A stretch of DNA of 64,000 bases, from contig NC_043007.1 in NCBI RefSeq assembly GCF_006345805.1, positions 14,570,001 to 14,634,000 of the forward strand, written 5' to 3'. Below are positions 1 to 12,233 of this stretch, one piece after another (position 1 is the stretch's first letter; each line of letters begins with the position of its first letter). Position numbers and translations under genes: made by a program. The stretch is from Octopus sinensis. Lineage: Eukaryota. The notes beneath the pieces were generated by a model. The model did not search any database. It saw nothing but the letters and a program-made list of their open reading frames with translations, and was not told the DNA's origin.

Positions 1-77
1 TGATATAATCGACTTAATCCCTTTGTCCTTGTTTGTCCCCTCTGTGTTTAGCCCCTTGTGGGTAGTAAAGAAATAAG
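1..77 (+). mobile_element. SINE family A, 3' end (cut by window edge)
   Basis: Matches the tail GTTTAGCCCCTTGTGGGTAGTAAAGAAATA of many other copies in the window. Confidence 0.85.
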
Positions 78-79
78 AT

Positions 80-414
80 GCTAACCATTAAATTGTCTGC
101 TGTTATATGCAATTCTCTGGGCTACAGGGAAGATTTCTAGGCATTATGTTGACTCACTGAAATGCAAACCTATACAAGTGGAAGATTCTCAAAGGCCTTG
201 CTCTAAGCTTTCATTTACAATAAAGAAGAAATAAGGGGAATGAAAGGTGCTGTGTCATTGCAAAAATACCCTTCCTTGAAGCCCCTCAGCAACAGCTTGA
301 CATTTAAAAATTCATGATCATACAACTGTCTCCGAAAATATTCATAAACTTGAGCAAATTTTTCTTGGTATTTTAAAAGGAACATAGATGCTTTCTTCAC
401 ATTTACAGAAAAAC
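80..414 (-). other. Degenerate Ngaro/DIRS-like RT N-terminal remnant, or an internal exon (270-414) of the minus-strand gene
   Basis: Frame reads RQLYDHEFLNVKLLLRGFKEGYF...AFENLPLV...DNLMVS with stops, resembling the LxxHPxxxxVxxLLxGFxxGF...NLxVSP pattern of Ngaro ORF2. AG/GT boundaries also enclose an open 145-nt segment. Ambiguous. Confidence 0.25.
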
Positions 415-782
415 CTAACAGAGAAACCAGCTCCCTGGACACACAAAGATGACATAAAAGAAAGATCATCTAATTCTGAAGGTGGTGCTCCTGCTTGGCC
501 TTAGCCATGATGGCTAAAACAAACTGAACTATTTTAAATATTCATTGACAGAATGTTTATTTTTATTAATATTAAATAATTTTTTTTTTTAACTAATTAC
601 ATTAAGTGTTTTATATATACACAATCGTGCTTTTATACTATGGAATATAAAAATATATATATATTCATGAATCTTCCAAATCTAAACATCATACATTTAT
701 CAAGAAACAATGATTAGTAATTAATTTTTAAATAATAATTAGAGCAACATAAACATTACATTGAATAAAACATATTTTCATA

Positions 783-1016
783 ATATATTTCGTTTCTGGA
801 TTTGGTTTGCAAGATTCTTTATATGAGTTTGTGTGTTGAAGCATATTCTATTGTGTCTGGGGAGAGTCATTTTCATTTTGTGTCGTATTGAAAAGGTTGC
901 AAGACACAATGAAAATTTTAGGATAATAAAAATAAGAAAAACCTGGAAATTTTACCGGTGTGTTACATAATAAGGCACAAAAAGAAAACGGCTCCCCCCA
1001 GACACAATAGAATATT
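783..1016 (-). mobile_element. Penelope-like terminal repeat fragment with inverted duplication
   Basis: Inverted arms at about 844-885 and 974-1016; the same family occurs in opposite orientation at 41560-41750. The PLE assignment is inferred from architecture. Confidence 0.45.
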
Positions 1017-1521
1017 TTCATAATATTCATCTAAATTCCAGCCTTGAGCTCTTCTAACCTGAAGTCTTTACAATACAACAGTTTAACCTACTTCCAAAAG
1101 TGAGTTCATATATTGATTCACAAGGAATTGAGATATATTAATTAGTAAAGCAAATGAGTGAATCACAACAAAAACAGGAAAAAAGAAAAGAAAAAAAAAA
1201 ACATCCTAAATAGTTGAGTCAGCCATAGATACTAATACAAGTCTTTGACAACTTATAATGGTAGAATGTACCATTAGTGTCAACATACAAGTCTTTAGAA
1301 AGTAAAAGGAATCTTCTTCCAAACACAGTTACTAATTAGTTCTGATAATTGGTTCTGATTCGTCAGCATAGTTAGTGAAAATGTTTTGAATAATTTACAT
1401 CACTTTTAATATTACAGAGTCCGATAAGTCAGTGTCTAGTCTTTTATATATGTTCTGTATTTCCTGGCATTGATTGAAGTTACAACTTTTTAATGGGGTG
1501 TCTGTTCAGGGTATTTATTTG

Positions 1522-1810
1522 TGGAGGCACATGGCCTAGTGGTTAGAGCAGCGGACTCGCAGTTGAGGGATCGCGTGTTCAAATCTCAGACCGGGCGATG
1601 TGCGTGTTTATGAGCGAAACACCTAAGCTACACGCAGCTCCGGCAGAAGGTAATGGCGAACTTCTGACTCTCTCGCCACAACTTTCTCTCATTCTTTCTT
1701 CCTGCATCTTGCAGCTCACCCGCGACAGACCGGCGTCCCGTCCAGGTGGGGAACCTATACGCCAAAGAAACCGGGAAACCGGCCCTAGTGAGCCAGGCAT
1801 GGCTCGAGAA
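1522..1810 (+). mobile_element. SINE family C (tRNA-derived head)
   Basis: A box TGGCCTAGTGG, B box GTTCAAATC, 12-bp TSD GGTATTTATTTG (1510-1521 and 1811-1822). Confidence 0.85.
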
Positions 1811-3112
1811 GGTATTTATTTGGATGCCTAAAGAAAGGATCACTTGAAACATTGGAGAAACCAAAGGAACAAATATACAAAAAGTTCTAAATCTTTTGTT
1901 TGACAAGCATCTTTGGTACTGTACCTGTGTAAACAACCAGATATAACCACTGACTGAATGTCATTATCTATGCAGTGTATGTACACCATCTTTTATATAT
2001 CTATTGACAGGATGACCTCCCAGCTTCTCAAAGGCTGCAATCACAAAGTTGTGAAAGAAAGCATGCTTCATTCACTGAAACAAGGGCTATAAAAAAACAT
2101 GTACAAAATAAATAAATTAATTAATTAAAACAGAACAATGGCTTAGTTAAAGTTTGAAGATGTTCAAACTTCAGAGAAATCAATAAAGAAATAATAAAAA
2201 TAATAATAATTATCTCTAACTTAGGATGAACAAGTCTGATGTCCAACACTTCCAAGTGAACTCAAAGTAGCTGACATTTATAGTATGTTTAGCTCATCTA
2301 GTCAAAATATAGTACCCTAGGTTCACTGGAAGATTCAAGTGTACCCTATGAAATCTCAAAAATCTAAATTTTTTCACAGATGTTTATAATATTCTCTTAG
2401 AAACTGTGCCTCCTTATTTGAACCCTGTACTAAACACTTTGCCCAATCCTTACTCCCTGGACTTCTGATCCGACAAAATGTTGATGTACAAATATTCAAG
2501 CCAAACATCTACTGTTTCAATTTCAAAGATTATGGGCACTATCCCTGCTTATATATAAACTTCAAAAAATTTATATGAAGTATAAGGCCAGTGGCAAAGA
2601 GCTGCATCTCTAATCTGGTGTAGGGCTGTAGTGAACTGAACAAGGTTTATATATGTGGGTATTAGAATCTTCCCTTGAATTTTGATGGGTAAACCCTTCC
2701 TCGACATTTAGAAAGAAAACATGGAATAGACGTCAGATGATGTAATTTGAAATAATGAGGAATTTAAAATGAATTTAGTAAAATAAATAGCTGTGATTAT
2801 TAAAGTTTGGAACATGGCAAACAATCTTTCATAAGATCATTAAATACAAACACTTTAAAATGAATGGTTTTGTATTGTAGGGTCACGTGATATTCTACAT
2901 TCTGCACAATTTTTAGCACATAGGACAGGTGTTATGAGGTTATTAGATATATTACTATATATTATTATTCTTTTTCTTTTCTTTTTCGCCCTTTTCAAGC
3001 CTAGTCAGGCTCATAGGCCTGGTTTCCCGGTTTCTATGGTGTGAAAAAGATTCAATTAGAACTTCTTTTTTTTTTTATTTGGCATGGATAAAGGTGAGGT
3101 TTCAAATATATA

Positions 3113-3270
3113 TCATCGTCAATTAATTAACATCCTTTTTCCATGCTGGCATGGGTTGGACAGTTTGACAGGAGCTGGCAAGCCAGGGAGCTGGGCCAAA
3201 CTCTGTTGTCTGATGTGGCATGGGTTCTTACAGCAGGATACCCTTCCTAATGCTAACCATTTTAGAGAGA
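3113..3270 (-). mobile_element. Family D (RTE 3' end) fragment, diverged
   Basis: CCATGCTGGCATGGGTTGGA...CCCTTCCTAATGC motifs shared with other D copies. Confidence 0.7.
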
Positions 3271-3544
3271 GTACGTTTAAGGAACAAAAAAATGCAATTT
3301 TTGAAATTCCGTTGAGTATTCCCTTCCTTTACCAAACATGTCAAACATAAACATTCATAAACACCACTTTAATATCTAAAAACTTTCTGATAATTACATA
3401 CATCAAGAACTTATACCATGCTTCACATGCCAACACGTTCATCCTCAAATCAACAATGTGCACTAAATGTTATTTTGTTGAGCTCCCTTTTCTGCTAATT
3501 ATCAGAAACTAGTAACTGCAATACGGACATATATATATATATAT

Positions 3545-3888
3545 AAAGTAAAAAGACCCCCTTCGGTCATGAGTGACCATGGGATTGCACCTAGAAAGTT
3601 ACCCTCCTAGACACAAGTCCGGGCAAGGTTGTTTATGGAAGACCAGCAGTCGCCCATGCATACCAGCCTTCCCTCTCCACGCCACCAGTGTTATCCAAGG
3701 GAAAGACAAAGGTCGATACAGCTTGGCACCTGTGACATCGCAACTCATTTCTACAGCTGAGTGAACTGGAGCAACGTGAAATAAAGTGCCTTGCTCAAGA
3801 ACATAACACGCAGCCCGGTCCGGGATTCAAGCTCTCAACCTCACGATTGTAAGCTCGATGCTCTAACCACTGAGCCATGCGCCTTCAC
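3545..3888 (-). mobile_element. SINE family E (tRNA head plus CORE-like domain)
   Basis: Minus strand begins GTGAAGGCGCATGGCTCAGTGGTTAGAGC, contains CORE-like CTTGAGCAAGGCACTT, and sits in a (TA)n tract. Confidence 0.8.
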
Positions 3889-3935
3889 ATATATATATAT
3901 ATAATACTGACATATATATATATAATATATATAAG

Positions 3936-4237
3936 TGGAGGCGCAATGGCCCAGTGGTTAGGGCTGCGGACTCACGGTCGTGGGATCACAGTTTCGATTC
4001 TCAGACTGGGCGTTGTGAGTATTTATTGACCAAAAACACCTAAAGCTCCACGAGGCTCCGGCAGGGGGTGGTGGCGATCCCTGCTGTACTCTTTTGCCAC
4101 AACTTTCTCTTACTCTTTCTTCTGTTGGCCTGCTTGCTTAGCCATCGGGGTGGTGTCATTTGAAGGGTAAAACAATGCGAAGTTCATTGTGACCAGCGAT
4201 GTGTAGCAACATCTGATAGCCTGGTCGGTCACGGTCA
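3936..4237 (+). mobile_element. SINE family C head with alternative 3' tail
   Basis: GTGGAGGCGCAATGGCCCAGTGGTTAGGGC head as at 62543; the tail differs from other C copies. Confidence 0.8.
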
Positions 4238-4953
4238 TATATATAATTATAGCATTTACTGAACACCATAATCACACATCATATTACAAAAGAATAACAC
4301 ATAACTGAAGTACCCTGGTAGATTGGTATCCAATGAATTAAAAGACTGAAGTAATTTAATTTAGGTATACAGTTACAAGGAGGTATTTTAGAAGATTGAA
4401 TGCAATATTCAATATGGTATACAAAGAGATACACTTAGGGGTAATGGATTAAATTCACAACAAGGAGGCTTGTGGTGTAAAGACTGTGACCACAGCAACA
4501 GAATAAATTAAGGACCACAGCTCAACAGTTGGCATAAAATTGTTTGCAAATGGAGGATTAGCAATTAGCGATAAGATAATGATTATTAATGGCAACAGGA
4601 AGTTTCCAAGACCATTTTAGAAAGCAGTTCTTGATCAGTTGTCAGAGGGGAACATTTTAGAGTAACGAAAGCAAAATTATCACAAACTATAATTAGCTTC
4701 ACCAATAGGCATAAATGATCTAATTAGAACAAGCAATATGCTAGATAGGTTGACTGTACTGCAGATAAAAAGTAATGACAGAGGTCAGAATAATATATGC
4801 CACATACACAACTGGCCAGGATCTTTCATTCAAGGATATACACAAAAACAAATTCACAAGACACAACATGCACCTAGGTCAGATTAACTTACATCTAAAC
4901 ACTCCAAACAACTCAAAAACAATGCCTAAAGTCTCAACTGGAACAGTATCATA

Positions 4954-6223
4954 TTAGGTTGTCAAGAAAGTTCTTGTGGAATTTTAAATTTTGGTTTTAA
5001 ATTATGTATTTTCAAATTAATTTTCGTTAAATTACTTTGACTTTATATATCATTTTAAAGCCCGTTTTCTGCTCTATCTAATCGTGTTTCTCTTTGAATA
5101 ATTAGGCCATTTTTTCCAGAACATTGAATACAACATGGACAAAAAGCAAATTCGCACAATTTTCTTATTCCAGTTCAAGCTAGGCCGAAAAGTTGCTGAA
5201 AAAGCTCGCAATATCAATGATGCATTTGGACCAGGAACCACTAATAAACATACAGTACAATGGTGGTTCAAGAAATTTCATAGCAGTGATGAGAGTCTTG
5301 AAGATGATAAGTGCAGTGGTCGGCCATCGGATGTTGACAACGATCAAGTAAGAGCCTTAGTCGAAGCCAATCCACGCACAACTGTTCGAGAGCTTGCTTC
5401 TGCATTAGACGTAATGTATACGACAATTTCCAACCACTTGAAAGAGATTGGAAAAACAAAAATACTTGAAAAATAGGTGCCACACAAATTGAACGACAAC
5501 CAAAAAAAAAAAAGCCATTTTGAAGTGTCATCTTCCCTTCTTTTATGCAAAAAGAAGGGCCTGTTTCTCGACCAGATTGTGACTTGTAATGAACAGTGGA
5601 TTCTTTACGGCAACCAGCAATGCTCAGCTCAGTGGTTGGACGCCGACAAAGCTCCACAGCACTTCCCGAAGCCAAAGTTGCACCAAAAGAAGGTCATGGT
5701 GACTGTTTGGTGGTCTGTGGCTGGTCTCATCCATCACAGCTTTTTTGGATCCAAGCGAAACCATTACGGCGGAGAAGTACTGTCAGCAAATGGATGAAAT
5801 GCATAAGAAACTCCGACAACAACAGCCAGCATTGGTCAATAGAAAAGGACCAATTCTTCTCCACAACACTCAGCCACACATTGCACAACTGACCCTCCAG
5901 AAGTTGAACGAATTGGGCTACGAAACTCTGCCTCATCCGCCATACTCACCAGACCTCTCGCCGACCAACTACCACTTTTTCAAGCATCTCGACAACTTCC
6001 TGCATGAGAAATGCTTAAAAAACCAAGACGATGCCAAATACGACTTCATCACGACCAGAACACAGGATTTTTATGCTACTGGCATAAATAGACTTGTTTT
6101 GCATTGGCAAAAGTGTGTTGATTCTGATGGTGTTTATTTCGATTAACAAAGTTTTATTTGAGCCGAGATATGCGCATCTGAATTTAAAGGTTAAAAACCG
6201 CAAGAACTTCCTTGACAACCTAA
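4954..6223 (+). mobile_element. Full-length mariner transposon, cecropia subfamily (Hsmar1-like), inactive
   Basis: TIRs TTAGGTTGTCAAG...CTTGACAACCTAA, TA on both flanks (4952-4953, 6224-6225), 1270 bp, internal transposase frames. Confidence 0.95.
5135..6146 (+). pseudogene. Mariner transposase pseudogene
   Basis: MDKKQIRTIFLF...(W to stop)VPHKL...HQKKVMVTVWW...HPPYSPDLSPTNYHFF...YFD. Stop at 5474-5476, frameshift in the T-run near 5741-5746, catalytic aspartates altered. Confidence 0.95.
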
Positions 6224-7768
6224 TACATACCATGACTAGCTATGATTTCAGAGAGATAATCCTCACATGATATTTCCTTAACATACATTTGGTACAGATA
6301 ACATCTAACCACAACAAACATGAGAGACAATCCCATCTATGTTCACTGTTGACCAAATATTAAAAACGAATGTAAAAACTACTAACTCTATGCAATCACT
6401 TGAACTGCTAGTATTAGCAATTAAATATCTCAAAATAACACCCTACTATCTTAATAAAGAAAAAAGGCATGTTTGATGATAATAATAATAATAATCCTGA
6501 ATATACAAAGAGATGGGATGATCATCGTTGCCAAAATCTACCTCTTCACAGTCATAAAAACGCTTCAGCATACAGTTGCTGGCATTTCACAAAGCCAAAA
6601 AAGACCCACATTGGAGTGTTTCTCTCACACCCTGCACACATTCAAAACCAAATTGATCAAAGCACATTCCACACAAACACAAGCTTAGAAAGAAAGACAC
6701 TAATTAAAACACTCACACACAAATAGATTATTATTTCATAAAGCAGATTTTGTAGCAAAGCCTCTCAGATCCATAATTTCGTAGAACTCAAGAAATAAAT
6801 TGTTTGTTAGAGTCTACTAAATGTGGATTTGTCAGCATTTTACCACTTCTTGCATGATAATGACAGGTCACCCAAAATCAATTATGAACTTGATGGCACA
6901 AATTTTTGTCCATTCAGACTTCATATCTGTATCAACATTCAGGTTTTGTGTTGTAATTATTCAACAGGGAGCAGGAATAGTAACAATACTGGTTAAACAG
7001 TGTAACTTGTTTATTTTCTAATTCTTCATTGTTTAGCAGATTGTGAACAACCAGTGGTAGCTAGAGATTGTCATGACCATTGTCAAGGTGAACTAAATTA
7101 GAATGTGATAGCTTTAAATCCCAAAGATTTGGCACTCCAGCCCAATGTGTGAGTTTAGAGTCAACGTTCAGATTATTTTTAATGTGTGTGTGTGTGTGTG
7201 ATACAGTGGGGAGGAGAGTATGAGTTTTAAGATGGCATTGTTTTAATCTCGTTTAAGACTGGTCAAACAGCTGAAGTTAAATGGATAAGAACCAGTTATA
7301 ACAATAAAACCTCACGTGAAGGTCATCTTGCATTGAAGTATTTTAGTTTCACAATATCAGTGGTTCACTACGTAGGAGGGAATAGAATTCAAAATAGCTC
7401 TGGTTTATGGAAACGAGTTGACCTCCAGGACTGCTAAGTCCATAATAATAATAATAATAATAATAATCTAGTAGTAAATTGGTGTCAGGTTTGTTATTCA
7501 TTTTTATAATGTGTCTTGAGTGTTCATTGGATTTTTATTTTTGTGGGTTATCCTGGTTTAGCATACTGTACATAAGGGGAAACTAAAAAGGTTGGCAACA
7601 GAAAGAGTATCCAGCTGTAAGTCACTGTCTCAGACATACTGTTCCACCCATGCCAACAAGGAAAATAAATAATGAAACCCAAAACCCTGATGATTACAAT
7701 GATGAATGTTTACGTTACAATTTGATGAAATAAACAGCTTTTATTTCAATAAATTTTATACATTTATA

Positions 7769-8144
7769 GGTGTAGGAGCGGCTGTGTGGTAGGTAGCTTG
7801 CTTACAAACCACATGGTTCTGGTTTCAGTCCCACAGCGTGGCACCTTGGGCAAGTGTCTTCTATAGCCTCGGGCCGACCAAAGCCTTGTGAGTGGATTTG
7901 GTAGACGGAAACTGAAAGAAGCCCATCGTATGTGTGTGTTTGTGTGTCTGTGTTTGTCCCCCCAACATCGCTTGACAACCGATGTTGGTGTGTTTATGTC
8001 ACCGTAACTTAGCGGTTCGGCAAAAAGAGACTGATAGAATAAGTACTAAGCTTACAAAAAATAAGTCCTGGGGTCGATTTGCTTGACTAAAGGTGGTGCT
8101 CCAGCATGGCCACAGTCAAATGACTGAAACAAGTAAAAGAGTAA
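7769..8144 (+). mobile_element. SINE family B (tRNA head, CORE-like, internal microsatellite)
   Basis: GGCTGTGTGGTA A box, CACCTTGGGCAAGTGTCTT CORE-like motif, tail GACTGAAACAAGTAAAAGAG. Confidence 0.9.
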
Positions 8145-8521
8145 AATAATGAAGAATTTATCTAAATAACCTTATCCTTATGAAGCTGGTGTGTGGATCA
8201 AAAATTAACAAGAAATATTGATTGAAGATTCTAATTTAGATCACTAAGAAAGGGAGTTTATATTTTAGATCTAGGGGTGGTTTCAGGTGGGTTGGTATCA
8301 AAAGGTTAAATATTCTAAGAATTTTTTTTTTATTTTGAAGGAAAGAGGTCAGCTGATATCACTGACTCCAAGACTAAAATGGTACTTTATTTAATTAACC
8401 TTGAAAGAATGGAAGGTAAAATTGATCTTGGTGCAATTTGAACTCACAATGTAAAGACCCAAAAGAAAAACATTTTTCTAATGCTCCTCCTTTCTCTAAC
8501 AATTCTGCCAACTTGCTGCCC

Positions 8522-9010
8522 TCATCATCATCATCATCATCACTGTTTAACGTCCATTTTCCATGCTGGCATGGGTTGGACGGTTTGACTGGGGACTGGC
8601 AAACCAGTAGGCTGTGCCAGGCTCCAATCTGATCTGGCAAAGTTTCTACAGTTGGATGCCCTTCCTAACACCAACCATTCTGTGAGTGTAGCGAGTGCTT
8701 TTTACATTCCACTGGCATGGGAGCCAGATGGTGCTTTTTATGTGCCACCAGCACAGGAACCAGTCTGGAGGGAAAGGGGGGCTGGCATCGACCACATTTG
8801 GATGGTGCTTTTTATGTGCCACCGGCACGGGGAGCCAGTCAGGTGGCACTGGCATTGACCCATACTTGAATGGTGCTTATTACGTGCCCCCAGTATTGGT
8901 GCCAGTCAGGCGGCACTAGCATCAGTCACAACTACAACTTCCATTTTGATTTCAATCTTGATTTGATTTTAATTTTGACCCAAGAGGCCTTCTCAAGTAC
9001 AGCATTTCGC
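8522..9010 (-). mobile_element. Family D: RTE LINE 3' end with four tandem GGTGGCAC-TAAAAAGCACC modules
   Basis: (GAT)n tail on the minus strand; repeated GGTGCTTTTTATGTGCCACC on the plus strand at about 8690-8890. Confidence 0.8.
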
Positions 9011-10199
9011 CCGATACCAACAAAATTGATTTTGTCTCTTTTTCAACTTACTACTCTTAATTCTGGACCTACGAGAGTTTAGTACATATTCAAACTGCTA
9101 GAAATAACAGTCAAATAACCCTTAACCCTTTGCCTGCCCAAAGCATTTTCAGAAGTCTGTCTTAAAAACGTCCACGCTAATTTTCAGACTGTTAGTTAGC
9201 CCTTGTTTCATAGGTTTCTAAGTAATACAAAGCTTCCTTTCTGTAAGCCCCAAGTTACTTTGGTGGGTGAAAATGGGGTTTAAAATAAGACAATACACTA
9301 AATAACAAAGTCCTATACAGACTATGTCTGGAATAAAATATCAATGGTAATAAATGGAACGTTTTCAAATTCTAGATCAAGGCTGACAAGGTGGGTGGGG
9401 GAGGGACAACAATTTTTAATTCTTACATAAAAGGCTTTGGACAGTCTCTCTCTGGCAGGCTAGTTTTTTTTGGGGGGGGGGGTTAAAACAACAACCAGAA
9501 AAACAAACAAAACAACCAATTCAAGTTATTTCTACAATCAGAGATTGGACATCAGTTACAGATGATTTTTCATATTGCTGTTCAAGCTGGACATGCCAAC
9601 CACATGTAAATTTCACCAGTTTGGGAAAACCTTCACTGAAAGTAGTAGCTACTACTTCACCTGTCCTAGATAATAATAATAATATTATCGACTCCATACA
9701 AAGTAAAACAAAACCTCGCTTTGTGAGCAATATCCACCTCAGCAGTTCACAGGCTGATTAACAACATAGAAGATGAAGAACATTTTGGAGAGAGAGTCTG
9801 CGGGTGTTGGTGGGGGTTTGTGGGTTCAGAAAACCTGGGCTGTGTGTAGTCAGGTAAATTATGAAAATGAGATGAAGCGGATACAACTAGGCATCCTGCC
9901 AGTTCTATAAAAAACATTCACTAGAACACTACATTCACAGTACAAAATACATAACAGACAGAATACAGTCACACAAAATACACATTTTCCCTCTCGTTTT
10001 AATTTTTCTCTTTTTTTTTTTTTTTGGTCAAGTGAGAAGGATTATGTCTGTGGCCTTTGTAGGATTTCCAAAAAACTGTATAATTCAATGTTGTTAACAT
10101 TCTTCCTGAACACATGGAGTAGATGGCTACAGGAAAAGGAAAAAAAATAGCATGGAGAGAAATTCCTGAGGATCAATATTCAGAGGAGCAACTAGATTT

Positions 10200-11060
10200 A
10201 ATGGTTAATGTATAACCAAAGAGTGGTGGACATAGTATAGCTGATGAAAGAAAGAAAAATCAGTTGGAGTGAGAGCCCAAACAAAAGTGGCACAAGACCA
10301 TCCAACTCTGAAGATCACAAGCCATTACAGTAACAGTAAAAAAGGCAGAAGAGAGGAAACAGCAGGTCTGTGGCCAGAGGTTGGAGCATGTTGGTGACTT
10401 ATTCTGAATATGGTCTAGGATGTCTATGCGTTTAACAGTAACACTAGTCTGCATGTGGGAGCAGTATTCCAGTGTGGGTCTCAGCTGAGCTTTGTCGAAA
10501 GTAAACAGTTATTGCTGGTTGAAATATTTTCTGGTTCTGAAAGCCAGTTTTTGAGATGCAGTTTCATCTATATTGAGGGTATGTGATCACCAAGAGATCC
10601 TGACAGATAAGGCTACACATTTGTAACAACCTTGAGGGTTCTGGTTGTGTACCATAATGTTTACAGTCAATAAGATTTTCCTGACATATGCAATAATTGT
10701 CTGCATTGTTAAAGAAATAAGAAATGCAAAACTATCACTTCTTTAACAGTGGCAGTATTCAAGGTCTCTGTTCATGGAGATTTTATACAAGATGTCTAGA
10801 TTGCATGAGGATGATGCTGAGGTGGAGAAAACTTAAAAGGAATGATGGGTAGTGTATCATCTGTGTAAGAGTGGATGTTGTTGAAGATGACAGTATATAT
10901 GCTGTTGATGTATAGGAGGAAGAGTGGGGGAGATGAAATGGAACCCTGTAGCACACCTGACTTGAGAAAAAGTGGGTCAGAGTGAGCTCCACCAACACAG
11001 ACTGCAACGATGCAATCTGGCACAAAGCCATCAAGCCAAGAAATGAGAAATGGTTGGAGC
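10200..11060 (-). mobile_element. Degenerate CR1/L2-group LINE RT fragment
   Basis: SGVLQGSISSPPLFLLYIN...YTDDT (RT motifs; YADD decayed) and downstream AQLRPTLEYCSH. Confidence 0.8.
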
Positions 11061-12011
11061 CTATAGGCTGGCAGTTCTGCATAGAGATCTTCATATTAGA
11101 TATGAGCAGAAACTACTAATAAAAGCATCAACACTATTACCCTCAAATTTTCTAAGAACAAAATTGATACAAGAGAGCAAGTCTCCAATAGCTTTGGCTT
11201 TACAAGAGCTGTACAAGAAATCATTAAGGAGAGATAGAAAGATATCCCTAGATACAACAAAAACATCTGGACAATTAATTTTCTCCACAAAATCAAGTTA
11301 ACAACAGCAAAGATAGAAACAGGTGTTAAAATATCTATAAAGTTTTTGTAGGAATCCTTAATACATTGGAAATAACTTCAGCAGCAATCCACTTCAAAAC
11401 ATCAGAGACATAGAAAAGTACAATTTGTTAATCTAGAGCTAAGTAAATGCAATCAGGATAGACAAAGGATAAATAAGTTGACTCATTTCTGACTAATTTT
11501 TACAACAACCCCCAGCACACGCACACACACACACACACACACATGTATATATACAGGTCGTCGACTTACAACCACAATTGGTTCCAGTTGTAAGCCAGCC
11601 TATAGGCCTACATAGCTTTGTTATACATTTTTACATTCTCAGGTAAAAGTCACACACAGCATTCTGTATTATGCTGGCGTTAGTCAAAAATTTCAGAGTC
11701 TCAAGTAGCTGTCTTATAAACAAGTACAAGATTGCCTCAATGTCTCCATGACAGGATAGTCCATCCAACACAGTGGCGACCGATAACCAAACGTAGGGGA
11801 TGTGCTTGTTAGCTGACAGGTTAATTTCTAAGAAATTAAACCCATTAGATTTCAACTGGACTATCTATTATTGCTACTGGGCGCTGGTGCACCAGTCGTC
11901 ATAATTACAATGACCTGTAATCAGAAATGGATCACAAATCAATTAATAACATTGGACAACAAAGATTTTGCTACTAGAGTAAAAAGTGTTTTAGACTAAA
12001 TCAAGGATTTA

Positions 12012-12233
12012 GGCGGTGAGCTGGCAGAAACGTTAGCGCGACGGTCGAAATGCTTAGCGATATTTCGTCTGCCGTTACGTTCAGAGTTCGAATTCCGCCG
12101 AGGTCGACTTTACCTTTCATCCTTTCGGGGTCGATAAATTAAGTACCAGTCACGCACTGGGATCGATGTAATCGACTTAATCCCTTTGTCTGTTCCCTCT
12201 ATGTTTAGCCCCTTGTGGGCTAATAAAGAAATA
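12012..12233 (+). mobile_element. SINE family A monomer nested in the Chapaev3 TIR
   Basis: GGCGGTGAGCTGGCAGAAACGTTAGC head, GTTCGAATTC B box, flanked by TAAATCAA direct repeats. Confidence 0.9.

Noticed and set aside
2454-2544. Possible minus-strand exon (IVPIIFEIETVDVWLEYLYINILSDQKSR) with GTAAGG donor
   Set aside because: Weak acceptor, no recognisable homology, and phase incompatible with direct splicing to the other candidates.
5135-6146. SETMAR gene
   Set aside because: No SET domain; TIRs and TA TSD are present; the frame has a stop and a frameshift.
8690-8900. CRISPR-like repeat-spacer pattern (GGTGCTTTTTATGTGCCACC with spacers), also at 17.3, 20.3, 27.7 and 29.4 kb
   Set aside because: Spacers are homologous to each other, the arrays lie within a dispersed RTE 3' UTR, the context is eukaryotic and there are no cas genes.
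9126-9482. piggyBac-like MITE (TTAACCC...GGGTTAA)
   Set aside because: Inverted similarity is only a few bases and the right end is a G homopolymer.
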